From a virus (Duplodnaviria > Caudoviricetes): DNA of 64,000 nucleotides. How positions within the stretch are numbered: position 1 is the first letter of the stretch; each line of letters opens with the position of its first letter. The stretch lies in the IMG/VR virus record IMGVR_UViG_3300048549_001527; one strand, 5' to 3'. The position numbers and the translations under genes are program-made. Below, in pieces: positions 1 through 10,420 of this stretch. Below the pieces are notes generated by a model. It searched no databases. It was given only the letters and a program-made list of their open reading frames with translations, and was not told the DNA's origin.

Positions 1-2
1 CA

Positions 3-662
3 ATTTTTTCAGGCCGCATTGAAGATGCGCACTACATTAACGAAAAATACGATACAATAGAAATACTCTTTAAATCCGACGATCCTGAAGACACTAAACT
101 TTATAAACATATTATTGAAGCAGATCCTAAATCTAAGGATTTTCAAGAATTACAAGCTGATGGTTGGGGTGATAAAGAATTATTAGATGCAACCGCAGAA
201 TTTAAAAGACAACACGCAGCTACTTTCAATAATGCAGTTCAACAAAGAGCGAGCGCAATTGCTCGTGAAATGATTGGTTTAAACAATCTTAAAAGAGAAC
301 GAGATACGTTAGAAAAAGAACGAGATAAAGTTAAAAACGATATTGAGCGACACCACGGCTGGCTTGAAGAAAAAAGAACCCTTATCAAAAAGAGTGATGA
401 AAAGATTGACGAGCAGCAGGAAGAGTTAGCATACACTGAAAGCAAAATTAAAAAAACAGAGTTTCATGTTGATAATGCCTTACTTGAAATTGTTATGAAT
501 CATAACGAACAAGGCGACGAACTATTTAAATTCAAACTTTGGGCTTTGGAGCAAGAATTTGTAAAATCAGCTCCAAAGGAAGTTAAATCAAAGATCCGTA
601 GAGTAAAACGTATTACACAAGGAATTGCAATATTAGACGAGTTGATTGAGACAAACGAATAA
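3..662 (+). CDS. Hypothetical coiled-coil protein, 5'-partial
   Basis: The frame of track ORF 270..662 stays open back to base 3 (IFSGRIEDAHYINEK...), so the true start is upstream of the window. Long charged helical stretch; stop overlaps the ATG of the first radical SAM gene. Confidence 0.7.
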   Translation: MFSGRIEDAHYINEKYDTIEILFKSDDPEDTKLYKHIIEADPKSKDFQELQADGWGDKELLDATAEFKRQHAATFNNAVQQRASAIAREMIGLNNLKRERDTLEKERDKVKNDIERHHGWLEEKRTLIKKSDEKIDEQQEELAYTESKIKKTEFHVDNALLEIVMNHNEQGDELFKFKLWALEQEFVKSAPKEVKSKIRRVKRITQGIAILDELIETNE

Positions 663-1861
663 TGAAATGCATGGTTCCTGAAACGGGCATTACAATTAAT
701 CCAATAGGCGAAATGGTTTTATGCTGTGCCGGTGATAATGTTGCGGTTTCTCACATTAAAGATATTGATAACTTATCAGACTTTTTTAATGGTCCAATAT
801 ATGATAAGTTAAGAAAAGATTTCAAAGAACAAAACTTTCCAAAACAATGTGATGTATGCTGGCGTCATTATAACGCAGGTCGTATTGCGCGATTTGATTC
901 CTATAATCGTTTTAATTTTCCAACATATGAAGAAGATCTTGCGTCTGACGTAATACCAATTCGTTTTCTTGAAATTACAACAAGTAATATCTGTAACCAA
1001 ATGTGCGTTACTTGCTCAGGTAAGTATTCTTCAAAGTGGGCGCCATACGAACAGATGGCAGTTGATTATGGTTTAGATTGGAGAAACGAAAACCATAAAT
1101 TCCATACTGAAACATATAAGATGACAACGGCTGATGTTGACAAAGTACTTGAAATTGTTCCTGGGTTGCAACACTTAACTATTAAAGGTGGCGAACCTTT
1201 TGCAGATCAGAACAATATAAAAATATTAAGAAAGCTTGCAGACACAAATCCAAATTGCCGCGTTGAGATTTGTACTAATATGCAATTAGTAACAAACACA
1301 GTCATTGAATTATTACATCGCATTAATGAGGTTCATATACAAGCAAGTATAGACGGTGTTGGAGAAATATACGATTGGATTCGTGGTGGTAATTTTGCTA
1401 AGACCGCTAATAATATTAAAAGATATCACGCGCATTCAGGTCGCAAAGTGGTAATCGTATCAACCGTTTCAGTATATAATTGGATGCACTTACCTGAACT
1501 TATTGATTATTGGAGAGACGTAGATGGTGTTGATAGAATTAGTATGGCAAATATGGTAACGTTTCCAAAGTATTGCTCTCCTTTATATTTGTATAATCAT
1601 CATATTGAAGAAGGCTTAAACAAATTCTTTGAATATTTGGACAGTAAATATACAAAATCAAATGATTCTTTATATCATAGTGATAAGCTATTGGTAAGCG
1701 GTATTAACAATATGCTTAGTGTTAAGCCAGATTTTGAGGCAGATGAAAAACCAAGGTGGCAGGAACGCATGGTAAAGTGGATTGACTATTGTCATGTGGC
1801 GCGAGAAAATAACGAAGACATTTGGGAATTGGCTCCTTACTTACAGGAATATAGAAAATGA
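662..1861 (+). CDS. Radical SAM enzyme 1 with N-terminal SPASM/twitch-like Cys cluster
   Basis: CxxxCxxC (CNQMCVTC), IKGGEPF, ASIDG; N-terminal C...GEMVLCC...CDVC. Confidence 0.9.
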   Translation: MKCMVPETGITINPIGEMVLCCAGDNVAVSHIKDIDNLSDFFNGPIYDKLRKDFKEQNFPKQCDVCWRHYNAGRIARFDSYNRFNFPTYEEDLASDVIPIRFLEITTSNICNQMCVTCSGKYSSKWAPYEQMAVDYGLDWRNENHKFHTETYKMTTADVDKVLEIVPGLQHLTIKGGEPFADQNNIKILRKLADTNPNCRVEICTNMQLVTNTVIELLHRINEVHIQASIDGVGEIYDWIRGGNFAKTANNIKRYHAHSGRKVVIVSTVSVYNWMHLPELIDYWRDVDGVDRISMANMVTFPKYCSPLYLYNHHIEEGLNKFFEYLDSKYTKSNDSLYHSDKLLVSGINNMLSVKPDFEADEKPRWQERMVKWIDYCHVARENNEDIWELAPYLQEYRK

Positions 1862-3024
1862 AATACGTAGATGTTGTAAATAAGTATAGATCTGATAACT
1901 TTCCAGATATGTATAAGCCTATAACTTGCTGGTCTCCATTTCAAGCTATGCATATTAATAAAAAAGGGGATGTTCGATCGTGTCCTTTTCAAATGAAAAA
2001 AGGAAGTGATAGATATTTTACTCGTGAAGACGGAACGACATACAGAGGTGAAAATATCGCAATTGAAACTTGGTCACCTGAAAAAAGCTTGCTTGATATA
2101 TGGAATGGCAAACCTTTTGAAGCTATGAGATTAGAATCTATGGAAGGTAGCCTACATGATTTTTGTCTTTATTGTATAAACCAATGTAAACAAGATAAGC
2201 CTCCTAGTAGCTTAGATTTTGATTGGGTTGGCGGCGAAAGAAGTATTTCTCACGAATATCCACGAGAAATAGAATTAGAACTTTCAAATAGTTGCAATTA
2301 TCATTGTGCATTTTGCAGTCCTTTTCATTCATCTCAACATATGGAAGCAATGGGATTACAGGATGATCCAAGATTTAAAAGCGTTTTTGACGATACAGAA
2401 ATTAAAGAAGCTTTTATTGAAGATTTAAGAAGTATTATTCATAACATTTATAGGCTTAACTTTACAGGTGGCGAGCCATTTGCACAAAGGGTTGTATATG
2501 ATATTCTTAAAATGATTGATGAAGAACAGCCTGAAAATTTAGGCGTTCATTTTACAACTAATGGTAGTATTATGAATGGCGCCGTTCGCAAAATAGCTCA
2601 AAGAAATAATGTAAGATTTACAGTATCATTAGACTCATTAGATCCAGAAACATATCCTCAATTAAGAATTAACGGTAATTTAGAAAACGTTTTAAATAAT
2701 ATCGAAACACTTAGACAAACCCAAGCCTACATCGGTTGTTCCTTTGTGATAAGTAAGATGAACGTTAGGGAATTGCCTAATATTATTTCATGGTGTAACG
2801 AAAAACAAATTGAATTTTCTTATCATCTTATTGTTCCGATGATGAACGAAAAAAAGTTTAGAGATATTGTTTATCCTCAATCGGTTGAACTTCAATCAAA
2901 AGAATATATACAAGAACTTAAAAGTTATTTAGGAAATGCTGAAATTTATATGAATAAGAAAAATGATTACTTGTCGAATAAAAACTTGACTATGTTTAAA
3001 CAATATATTGAAAGATTAAAATGA
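1858..3024 (+). CDS. Radical SAM enzyme 2 with N-terminal SPASM/twitch-like Cys cluster
   Basis: CNYHCAFC, FTGGEPF, TTNG, VSLDS; N-terminal CWSPF...GDVRSCP...CLYC. Confidence 0.9.
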   Translation: MKYVDVVNKYRSDNFPDMYKPITCWSPFQAMHINKKGDVRSCPFQMKKGSDRYFTREDGTTYRGENIAIETWSPEKSLLDIWNGKPFEAMRLESMEGSLHDFCLYCINQCKQDKPPSSLDFDWVGGERSISHEYPREIELELSNSCNYHCAFCSPFHSSQHMEAMGLQDDPRFKSVFDDTEIKEAFIEDLRSIIHNIYRLNFTGGEPFAQRVVYDILKMIDEEQPENLGVHFTTNGSIMNGAVRKIAQRNNVRFTVSLDSLDPETYPQLRINGNLENVLNNIETLRQTQAYIGCSFVISKMNVRELPNIISWCNEKQIEFSYHLIVPMMNEKKFRDIVYPQSVELQSKEYIQELKSYLGNAEIYMNKKNDYLSNKNLTMFKQYIERLK

Positions 3025-4121
3025 TTAAAAATTGGGATAAGTTTCAGGCGAGACGAAGAATACCTGAAGAACATAAAATGATTGGTTGTTATGCTGCATT
3101 CAATCATATGAGAATTTCAAAAGACGCTTCAGTGCATCCGTGTTGTTTTAATAACAAAAGACATAATTGGTTGCATGACGGTAGTTTAAAGGAATATTGG
3201 TTTAATGGATTAAACGTAGAATACCAAGATGCATTTTTAAATCAAGAACTACATGAAGGATGTCAAATTTGTTTGCAGAGAATTGAAGCAGACTCTCATC
3301 CTGCCATTGTTGAATATGATTACAATATGGGAGATGATAGATTAGAATACGCAATGAATTCTGGTAATTATCCTAAAATTATTGAATTTGAAATATCAGA
3401 TTTGTGCAATTTAGAATGTGAGATGTGCCATGCAGGATTATCATCAAAATTGAGAATGGGAAGAGATAAGCATTTAGTTTCTAAACATCCATACTATCGC
3501 CAAACAAATGAGTTTGATAAAGAAGAAAATATGAATGAGTTAATTGAGCAACTAAAAGAATTTATCCCTCATCTTGAAGAAATTAGATTTGTTGGTGGAG
3601 AGCCTTTCGCCCATAAAGGTATGTTTAAATTAGCAAAAGTTATTTCAGAAATTAACCCATCTGTTGTATTAAGGGTTTGTACTAATGGCACAATATTCAA
3701 TAAGCAAGTAAAAAGCATATGTGAAAATAATAATTTAAAAGTAACTATCTCTTGTGATACCGTTATAGAAGAAGAATATAAGCAAATTAGAATTGGCGCA
3801 AACTACAAAAATACATATGATAATATTCAAAAATTTAAAGAAGCAATTGGTACTGAAAATGTAACAATTAACGCGACATTTATGTCAGTAAATGCCGAAA
3901 ATATGGATAAATTTTTTGAGTATGCTATTGAAAATGGTTTTAATACATTTATTAATGTCTATGTTAGAGAATGGAGAGAGCATACAAAGGATTGGAGAAT
4001 TGAAACCATGTCCGATGAGGTTAAACGATCTGCATTAAATAAAATGAAAGAACTTTTAAATAAAACCAACAAGTCTAATCACGTGGCTGAAATTAATAAA
4101 GTTATAGGATTGTTGAGTTGA
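3021..4121 (+). CDS. Radical SAM enzyme 3 with N-terminal SPASM/twitch-like Cys cluster
   Basis: CNLECEMC, FVGGEPF, CTNG; N-terminal CYAAF...VHPCC...CQIC. Confidence 0.9.
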   Translation: MIKNWDKFQARRRIPEEHKMIGCYAAFNHMRISKDASVHPCCFNNKRHNWLHDGSLKEYWFNGLNVEYQDAFLNQELHEGCQICLQRIEADSHPAIVEYDYNMGDDRLEYAMNSGNYPKIIEFEISDLCNLECEMCHAGLSSKLRMGRDKHLVSKHPYYRQTNEFDKEENMNELIEQLKEFIPHLEEIRFVGGEPFAHKGMFKLAKVISEINPSVVLRVCTNGTIFNKQVKSICENNNLKVTISCDTVIEEEYKQIRIGANYKNTYDNIQKFKEAIGTENVTINATFMSVNAENMDKFFEYAIENGFNTFINVYVREWREHTKDWRIETMSDEVKRSALNKMKELLNKTNKSNHVAEINKVIGLLS

Positions 4122-5185
4122 AACCGTGCTATTGGCCTGATCATGGAGCTGTTATAGATTCGCAGGGGTTTATCAAGCCGTGTTGCATGATGGGCGGTTA
4201 TGAGATGTTAAATAATAATCACAACGTTTTAGATGGTATACATATAGACCATACTGATTCTATAAATGAATATTTTTATAGTGATTTTTTAATCTATTTA
4301 AGAAAAAGTTTACAAGAAAACAACATTGAAGGCACACCAGAATGCCATAATTGTAAGCTGCAAATAGAAAATAACGTAGGTCGGCATTTTCAGCAATCAT
4401 ACGAGTATTCAGACTATGCGATGGATGGATCTATTAAATTTTTAGAAATTACCACGAGTAATATATGCAATCAAACATGCGTTACGTGTAACAGCTATTT
4501 TAGTTCTAAGTGGGAAACAATAGAACAACTGTTTAATGATAAATTTCAAAAACGAAAACAGTTTAATTTGTCCAATGATGCAATGGATAAAATTATTAAA
4601 GTTTTACCTGAGCTAAAAGTTCTTAATATAAAAGGTGGAGAACCTTTCGCTGATATTAGAAACGCAAAAATTTTGGAAAAATTAGTAGAAGTAAATCCAG
4701 ATTGCCAGGTTTGGATATTATCAAACGCGTCTATTATTTCTAATAGATTTATAAAAGTACTAAAAAGAATTAAAAACTTAAGCTTAACTGCTAGCTTAGA
4801 TCATATTGGTAAAAAATATGAGTGGATACGAAGTACTCCTTTTGACCAGACTCTATATACACTTAAAAGAATATATGAAGAAACTGGTATCAGATTTAGT
4901 GTTTCGCCTACAATATCATATTTTAATATATTAGATATGGAAGAAATTAAAAGCTTTTACGAAGATTTTGAGTATACAAAATGGCATATTCAAAATTATA
5001 ATGATTACAATTTTGTTCGTTGGCCAGCTGAGATGGATTGTCTTAATACGAGAACTCAAGAAGAGTTAGACTCTATAGATCGCGGACTAATATCTAAGTT
5101 TAATCCTCATAAATATAACGAGTTACAAAATAAAATTAATATTATGAATGAAATAAGAGGATTTGATTGGTCAGATGAATTATAA
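4118..5185 (+). CDS. Radical SAM enzyme 4 (paralog of enzyme 1)
   Basis: CNQTCVTC, IKGGEPF; FLEITTSNICNQ.CVTC...SSKW is shared with 662..1861; TTG start overlaps the upstream stop. Confidence 0.88.
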   Translation: MKPCYWPDHGAVIDSQGFIKPCCMMGGYEMLNNNHNVLDGIHIDHTDSINEYFYSDFLIYLRKSLQENNIEGTPECHNCKLQIENNVGRHFQQSYEYSDYAMDGSIKFLEITTSNICNQTCVTCNSYFSSKWETIEQLFNDKFQKRKQFNLSNDAMDKIIKVLPELKVLNIKGGEPFADIRNAKILEKLVEVNPDCQVWILSNASIISNRFIKVLKRIKNLSLTASLDHIGKKYEWIRSTPFDQTLYTLKRIYEETGIRFSVSPTISYFNILDMEEIKSFYEDFEYTKWHIQNYNDYNFVRWPAEMDCLNTRTQEELDSIDRGLISKFNPHKYNELQNKINIMNEIRGFDWSDEL

Positions 5186-6359
5186 GAGATGGCAATGGCA
5201 TAACTTAACGTTTGACGTTGAACTTACTACGCACTGTAATCTCAAGTGCCCACAGTGTTCAAGGACAGATCATAGGAATAATTTAAATAAGATGGAGTGG
5301 TTACCGCTTACGTCTGTTAGCCTAAAAGATTTCATGAAATGGTTTCCTCCGACTATTATACAATCAATTGGGTGTATTCATTTTTCAGGAACTTACGGCG
5401 ATCCTGGGATGTGTAAAGATCTAATGGATATTGTTAAGTATCTTGCGTTAGAAGGTACTTGCCGTATTTCTATAAATACAAATGGATCCATGAGAGATGA
5501 AGAGTTTTGGTTTAACCTTGCGGCTTGGGGTGGTTCAAGACTTCAACTTATATTTGATGTTGACGGTATTGACCAAGAAATGCATAGCTTTTATCGCCGA
5601 GGATCCGATCTCAATAAAGTATTAGATGCAATAGAAGTAACCTCAGGTACTGATGCAAATATCAAAGTACTTACTGTTTTATTTAAACACAATCAAGACT
5701 ATCTTGAAGATATTCGTAATATGGTTAACGAACGCGTACAAAAGCCAATTAAGTTTGATGAAGTAGAAGGAAATAACTTTCAGCATACTGGATCTAAATA
5801 TGAATTTTTAAACGAGAATGGCGAGACTGAAATTCTTGAGCAGGTTACACGACAAGATAGAGAACAAGGATTAGAACGTAGAACTCGTCGAGTACGTGAT
5901 CATCGCCATAAAGATATTGTTACCAATATTAAATCAAATGAATCTAATTTATTACCTATTGAGGATAAACCTATTATACCACAGGTAGTTGAGCCTGTCA
6001 AACAAAAAACGAAAGAATACGAAATAAATTGTTTAGCTGTTGGCGAGAATAATATCAAAGTACAAGCAAGTGGTATGGTATCGCCATGCTGTTATCTTTC
6101 AACATCGTTAGAGCGAGCTGCTATCTACCAAAAAGATCAAGACACTCAATATATGATTACGTCAACTGGCAAACATGCTGATCCCAAACATCCATTAATG
6201 CAAGAATATGTTGACAATTGGAAAGATTTTAATTTACATTATAGTAGTATCTATGATATAATGGAATCAACGTGGTTTAAAGAAAAGCTTCCTGAGCATT
6301 GGGAAACTCCTGAAACGGCTTGCCACGCTTGTGTTAAAGTATGCGGAAAATTAAAATGA
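5175..6359 (+). CDS. Radical SAM enzyme 5 with C-terminal SPASM/twitch domain
   Basis: CNLKCPQC, FSGTYGDP, NTNGS, FDVDG; C-terminal CLA...GMVSPCC...CHACVKVC. Start placed at ATG 5175 (track gives 5163). Confidence 0.88.
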   Translation: MNYKRWQWHNLTFDVELTTHCNLKCPQCSRTDHRNNLNKMEWLPLTSVSLKDFMKWFPPTIIQSIGCIHFSGTYGDPGMCKDLMDIVKYLALEGTCRISINTNGSMRDEEFWFNLAAWGGSRLQLIFDVDGIDQEMHSFYRRGSDLNKVLDAIEVTSGTDANIKVLTVLFKHNQDYLEDIRNMVNERVQKPIKFDEVEGNNFQHTGSKYEFLNENGETEILEQVTRQDREQGLERRTRRVRDHRHKDIVTNIKSNESNLLPIEDKPIIPQVVEPVKQKTKEYEINCLAVGENNIKVQASGMVSPCCYLSTSLERAAIYQKDQDTQYMITSTGKHADPKHPLMQEYVDNWKDFNLHYSSIYDIMESTWFKEKLPEHWETPETACHACVKVCGKLK

Positions 6360-6964
6360 ATATTATATTTGTAAAGCACGGAGATAAGTACCACGCAGGT
6401 CATGTAAATCGACTTTATTCTCAGCTTGTTCAATATTACCCAAATGCAAAATTTCATTGTTATACAGAATACCCACAAGGTATTGATGAACAAGTAAATA
6501 TCATTTGGTGTTTTAACAAGCCATCATTAAAGTATTGGTGGAACAAGCTTGCGCTGTTCAGTGAAGATCTTCCTGTAGAAGGTAAGTGTTTGTTCTTTGA
6601 TTTGGATATGGATATTAAAAGAGATCCGTCTGAGTTTATTACATGGAAAGGTCTAACAGTCATACGTGATTATTGGAAAGACGATTTGTATATGGCTCCG
6701 CATGCTTATGATGTACACATAAATAGTTCTGTAATTACATGGACTGCTGGTGAACAGCGCGATGTATGGGAACACTTTTTAGAAAATAAAGATTACTTTA
6801 TGCGTAAGTATAAAGGTATAGACAGATTTATTGTTCACGAAAAGGTACCACACAATACGTTTGAACAAGGCTTAGTGAATAGTGTTAAATCACCTGCAAC
6901 ATGGGATGCGCCAATTGATATGTATAATGGATTGAAATATGAGTTACCGCGAAAATCTTTATAA
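6356..6964 (+). CDS. GT-A fold glycosyltransferase-like protein
   Basis: VKHGDKY N-terminus, FFDLD (DxD), INSSV, GIDRFI; ATGA overlap with radical SAM 5. Confidence 0.75.
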   Translation: MNIIFVKHGDKYHAGHVNRLYSQLVQYYPNAKFHCYTEYPQGIDEQVNIIWCFNKPSLKYWWNKLALFSEDLPVEGKCLFFDLDMDIKRDPSEFITWKGLTVIRDYWKDDLYMAPHAYDVHINSSVITWTAGEQRDVWEHFLENKDYFMRKYKGIDRFIVHEKVPHNTFEQGLVNSVKSPATWDAPIDMYNGLKYELPRKSL

Positions 6965-7607
6965 AAATGCGCTTAAAATAATAGAGCAAATATACCAACA
7001 AAGTAAATACGATCCTTCCGTGGATCTTTATAGAAGCTTTGATGTTATGAATGCTGTTAACGATCCACAACTTGATAGTAAAGAATGGCTTGTTAATAAT
7101 CTCCTCCCATTCATTAATAAAAAAAGATTTTGGCCTGATACGAATGGCGAACTAAAAGACATTTTAGTTATGGGCAGCTGGTATAGTGTTATTGGGATGA
7201 TATTAAAAAATCATATAAGTCCTGATGTTAAAATACATAATGTAGATATGGATCCATTGTGTGAAGAATATTCCCATAAACTAATAAATGGTGATTACGA
7301 AAACATATGGCCTATTACTGACGACGCAATGGAATACTATTTTGAAAGAACAGATCATTTTCAGCTCATTATCAATACAAGTTGCGAGCATATGGAAAAG
7401 GATGATATTCAATTGGTATTAAGACAAAAGCCTTATAATACCTTAATATGTTTTCAAAGCAATAACTATCATGCAGAACCTGAACATATTAATACTCACG
7501 ACAGCTTAGATTCGTTTGTAAAAGAGTTAAATTTAAATGCAGTATATTGGAAAGGCGAACTAAAACCGTCTAAAGATTACACAAGATATATGGTAATTGG
7601 AAAATGA
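6939..7607 (+). CDS. Class I SAM-dependent methyltransferase-like protein
   Basis: ILVMGSWY (motif I-like), NVDMD (motif II-like), IINTSCEHM. Confidence 0.6.
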   Translation: MSYRENLYKNALKIIEQIYQQSKYDPSVDLYRSFDVMNAVNDPQLDSKEWLVNNLLPFINKKRFWPDTNGELKDILVMGSWYSVIGMILKNHISPDVKIHNVDMDPLCEEYSHKLINGDYENIWPITDDAMEYYFERTDHFQLIINTSCEHMEKDDIQLVLRQKPYNTLICFQSNNYHAEPEHINTHDSLDSFVKELNLNAVYWKGELKPSKDYTRYMVIGK

Positions 7608-9349
7608 AAAGAGTAATTTTTAGTTGTTACGATGAAATTGACGATATGGTCCATGACGAGGAACGTCATTGGATTTTTATGGCAAACGAACAGTCAGTAG
7701 AAGAATACTTTGATAGATTAGTTGAAAACAAAAAAGAGTATTGCGAAAAGATCGGTGTTGATTGGATTTTTTATCGCAACGAAATAAAAGACTTTGACGT
7801 TAAAGATGAAATGCAATTTACAAAGGTCAACTTATATAAACACCACTTGTTTGCTAAACTTGCAGAAGAATACGATGAAGTTATGTATGTTGATATGGAT
7901 GTGGTATTTAATACAGACCTAAATGTATTTGATGAATTGGATTTATCAAAAGGTATTGCAGTTAAAGATATGGATAATGAAATTCAATCAAAAGAAGTTA
8001 ATGAAGTTTTATATTCTTCTGTTGGTATGCGAAATCCGACTCTTAAATACCATATTACAAAAGACCTTTTAGATGGCGGAGATAATCACGTCATAAACAC
8101 TGGCATTATGATTGGTAAAAGCAAGCATATTAAACAAATTAAATATGTTGAAAGAATGCAAGAAGCTTACTCCAAAATACAAGAGATTAGACTTTACGAA
8201 CCCGAAGATCCTGATAATAAAGACGATAGAAATTTAGCATACTTAAGAATAAACTATTATGCTAACAACGAGTCTATCTTTTCGTATATCCTTGAAAAAT
8301 ACAAAGTACCGTATCAAATCATGGATGATAAGTGGCATTGGATTGTAGATCACAGACCTAACGATAGTAAAATAGAAGATGTAAATATAATTCATTTTAT
8401 CAATAAAAAATTTAATGCATTCTTTAACGATAAAACGACTGCTATATATTCAATACATATAGATATTCCTGATGATAAACTCGATGACCCTGTTGGTCCT
8501 GACGACGATAAAGTAAATAAAAGTAAAAGAACTAAGGATCGTCTTGGAAAATATAAAGATAGGTTAATTGAAAACCATAAGTGGTATGCAAAAGAAACAG
8601 GTTCCGAATATATTCATTTTGGGCGTGATGAACAATACGAAGAATTTTTTAATAGATTTCCTGATCTTTCAGAATACGATGTGGTTAATTTGTATAAGGT
8701 TTGGTTACTTGATAAATTAACACACGAATATGATTTAGTTTTGTATGTTGATCTTGACGTTTATTTTGCAAAACCATATAATATTTTTAATTATGTACCT
8801 GCTAGTACAACTTTTTGTTGTCAGGTTCAAACAGCAAGAAACGCAGGCGTTCGTAAAACAAGTAATGAATATTATAAATGGTATAACTTTGATTTTAGGA
8901 GTCCGCATAGTAAATTTTGGAACGCCCACGCTATGCTTGAAGAAGAAGGCTATGAACCTGACCAATACATTTTTAATACCGGTATCATGGCGGCCAGTCG
9001 TGCTGTTATGGAACAAATAGATTACTTCAGCGATATTGATGATGTTATTGAATTGATGAAAGATTTAAAGGAAGACGAGTTTTCAATGTATCTTCCTCAA
9101 ATTCGCTCCGCGTTTGGTTATGATAATGAAACTATTATGGCATATAAAACTAAAAAGAATAATGTTAAGCTATATCCATTACCAAAACGTTGGCACCACA
9201 AACATTTATATAGAAACCTAAAATCGTTTACATATGATACTAAAGAGCATGGAATGTCAAAGCGTGAATTGCAAACAGAAATAGCAGTTGAAGATATCGC
9301 AATGATCCACCTTATATCGAAAAATTTTGAATTAGTGTTTGATAAATAA
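7604..9349 (+). CDS. Tandem two-domain GT-A glycosyltransferase (GT8/GT34-like)
   Basis: Internal duplication: VNLYK...YVDMDV...INTGIM...NNESI...KWH...IIHF and VNLYK...YVDLDV...FNTGIM...DNETI...RWH...MIHL. Confidence 0.8.
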   Translation: MKRVIFSCYDEIDDMVHDEERHWIFMANEQSVEEYFDRLVENKKEYCEKIGVDWIFYRNEIKDFDVKDEMQFTKVNLYKHHLFAKLAEEYDEVMYVDMDVVFNTDLNVFDELDLSKGIAVKDMDNEIQSKEVNEVLYSSVGMRNPTLKYHITKDLLDGGDNHVINTGIMIGKSKHIKQIKYVERMQEAYSKIQEIRLYEPEDPDNKDDRNLAYLRINYYANNESIFSYILEKYKVPYQIMDDKWHWIVDHRPNDSKIEDVNIIHFINKKFNAFFNDKTTAIYSIHIDIPDDKLDDPVGPDDDKVNKSKRTKDRLGKYKDRLIENHKWYAKETGSEYIHFGRDEQYEEFFNRFPDLSEYDVVNLYKVWLLDKLTHEYDLVLYVDLDVYFAKPYNIFNYVPASTTFCCQVQTARNAGVRKTSNEYYKWYNFDFRSPHSKFWNAHAMLEEEGYEPDQYIFNTGIMAASRAVMEQIDYFSDIDDVIELMKDLKEDEFSMYLPQIRSAFGYDNETIMAYKTKKNNVKLYPLPKRWHHKHLYRNLKSFTYDTKEHGMSKRELQTEIAVEDIAMIHLISKNFELVFDK

Positions 9350-9378
9350 ATAACGTATAAACAATCGATTGGTATTTG

Positions 9379-9933
9379 ATGTCACTTGAAATAATAGATA
9401 TATTACATGATAAAGATACTTTATTTGAAGTAACAGATAGAGCTGCTGAGATTCACCCAGAAAATTTTAAAACCTTTAGAGATAGAGTAAATGGATACAG
9501 TCATTTCTTTGCAGTAAAATTAGAAGGGGAAATTGTTGCTATATCTGGAATATGGCGATACAAATATTGGCCAGATAATTATTTTAGAGTTGGTGATAGA
9601 AGTTTTTATTTTCCGTCCATACGTCAGTACAATCTAGGTAATCCGTACTATAAACCTAATAAAGCCATTAGCAGCCAAATTTTAATGCCAATGCAAACAG
9701 AAATAGTATTAAAACAAGGTGGAATTCCATTTTATAGTATGCTAAATCATATTAATGCTTTAAAAAGATCTGTTAATATTCAAAATGAAGTGGTAAAAAA
9801 CAAGTATAAAGTTATAGATGGTTTATATTGGACTTGTCCATCTAGTCCAAATAAAAATGAAAAAAGTTGTTGGCAAAACATAGCTACGTTAGAAGGGTTT
9901 AAAAATGATTTTAAATTACCAAGACTTTATTAA
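9379..9933 (+). CDS. GNAT-fold acetyltransferase-like protein
   Basis: FFAVKLEGEIVAISGI...FRVGDRSFYFPSIR resembles GNAT beta2-beta4; GATAAATA late-promoter variant at about 9341. Confidence 0.5.
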   Translation: MSLEIIDILHDKDTLFEVTDRAAEIHPENFKTFRDRVNGYSHFFAVKLEGEIVAISGIWRYKYWPDNYFRVGDRSFYFPSIRQYNLGNPYYKPNKAISSQILMPMQTEIVLKQGGIPFYSMLNHINALKRSVNIQNEVVKNKYKVIDGLYWTCPSSPNKNEKSCWQNIATLEGFKNDFKLPRLY

Positions 9934-10420
9934 TCATATAGAATTAAAATATGATAAAGAAGCTTTGATTAAAGAATTCGATTCAACTGAGCTAGTTCCT
10001 TATACACCTAGTCGCCAAACCAAAGGTGAAACGTGGTTTTCTTATCAACCAGATTGGCTGACAAGGACCATTGATGATTATCGTTTCCTTCCTGAAATGG
10101 ATAAGATTAGAGAGTATATTGCTTCTGTCTATGGTTTTGAACCTGTTGGTAAAATGTTTCAGTTATCTGAAAATATTGAAATACCACCACACAAAGATAT
10201 GGGTCATAGAGCTTGTATTAATATAGTTCTTTCTGAAGATCCTGCTCCAGTGTATTATAAAGACTTTGGAGAAATAACTTATACGTGTGCTATATTAAAC
10301 GTTGCACGAAGACATGGTGTTAAATCTGGCCCAAAAAGAAAAATGATTAAATTTCAATTAGGTAATCTATTTTATAGTGAAGCTGTAGGGATATGGAACA
10401 CAAAGCACTCTATCACATAA
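9905..10420 (+). CDS. 2OG-Fe(II) oxygenase (Asp/Asn beta-hydroxylase-like) 1
   Basis: PPHKD...RHGV...RKMIKF, an HxD...H triad with a distal basic residue. Confidence 0.75.
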   Translation: MILNYQDFINHIELKYDKEALIKEFDSTELVPYTPSRQTKGETWFSYQPDWLTRTIDDYRFLPEMDKIREYIASVYGFEPVGKMFQLSENIEIPPHKDMGHRACINIVLSEDPAPVYYKDFGEITYTCAILNVARRHGVKSGPKRKMIKFQLGNLFYSEAVGIWNTKHSIT

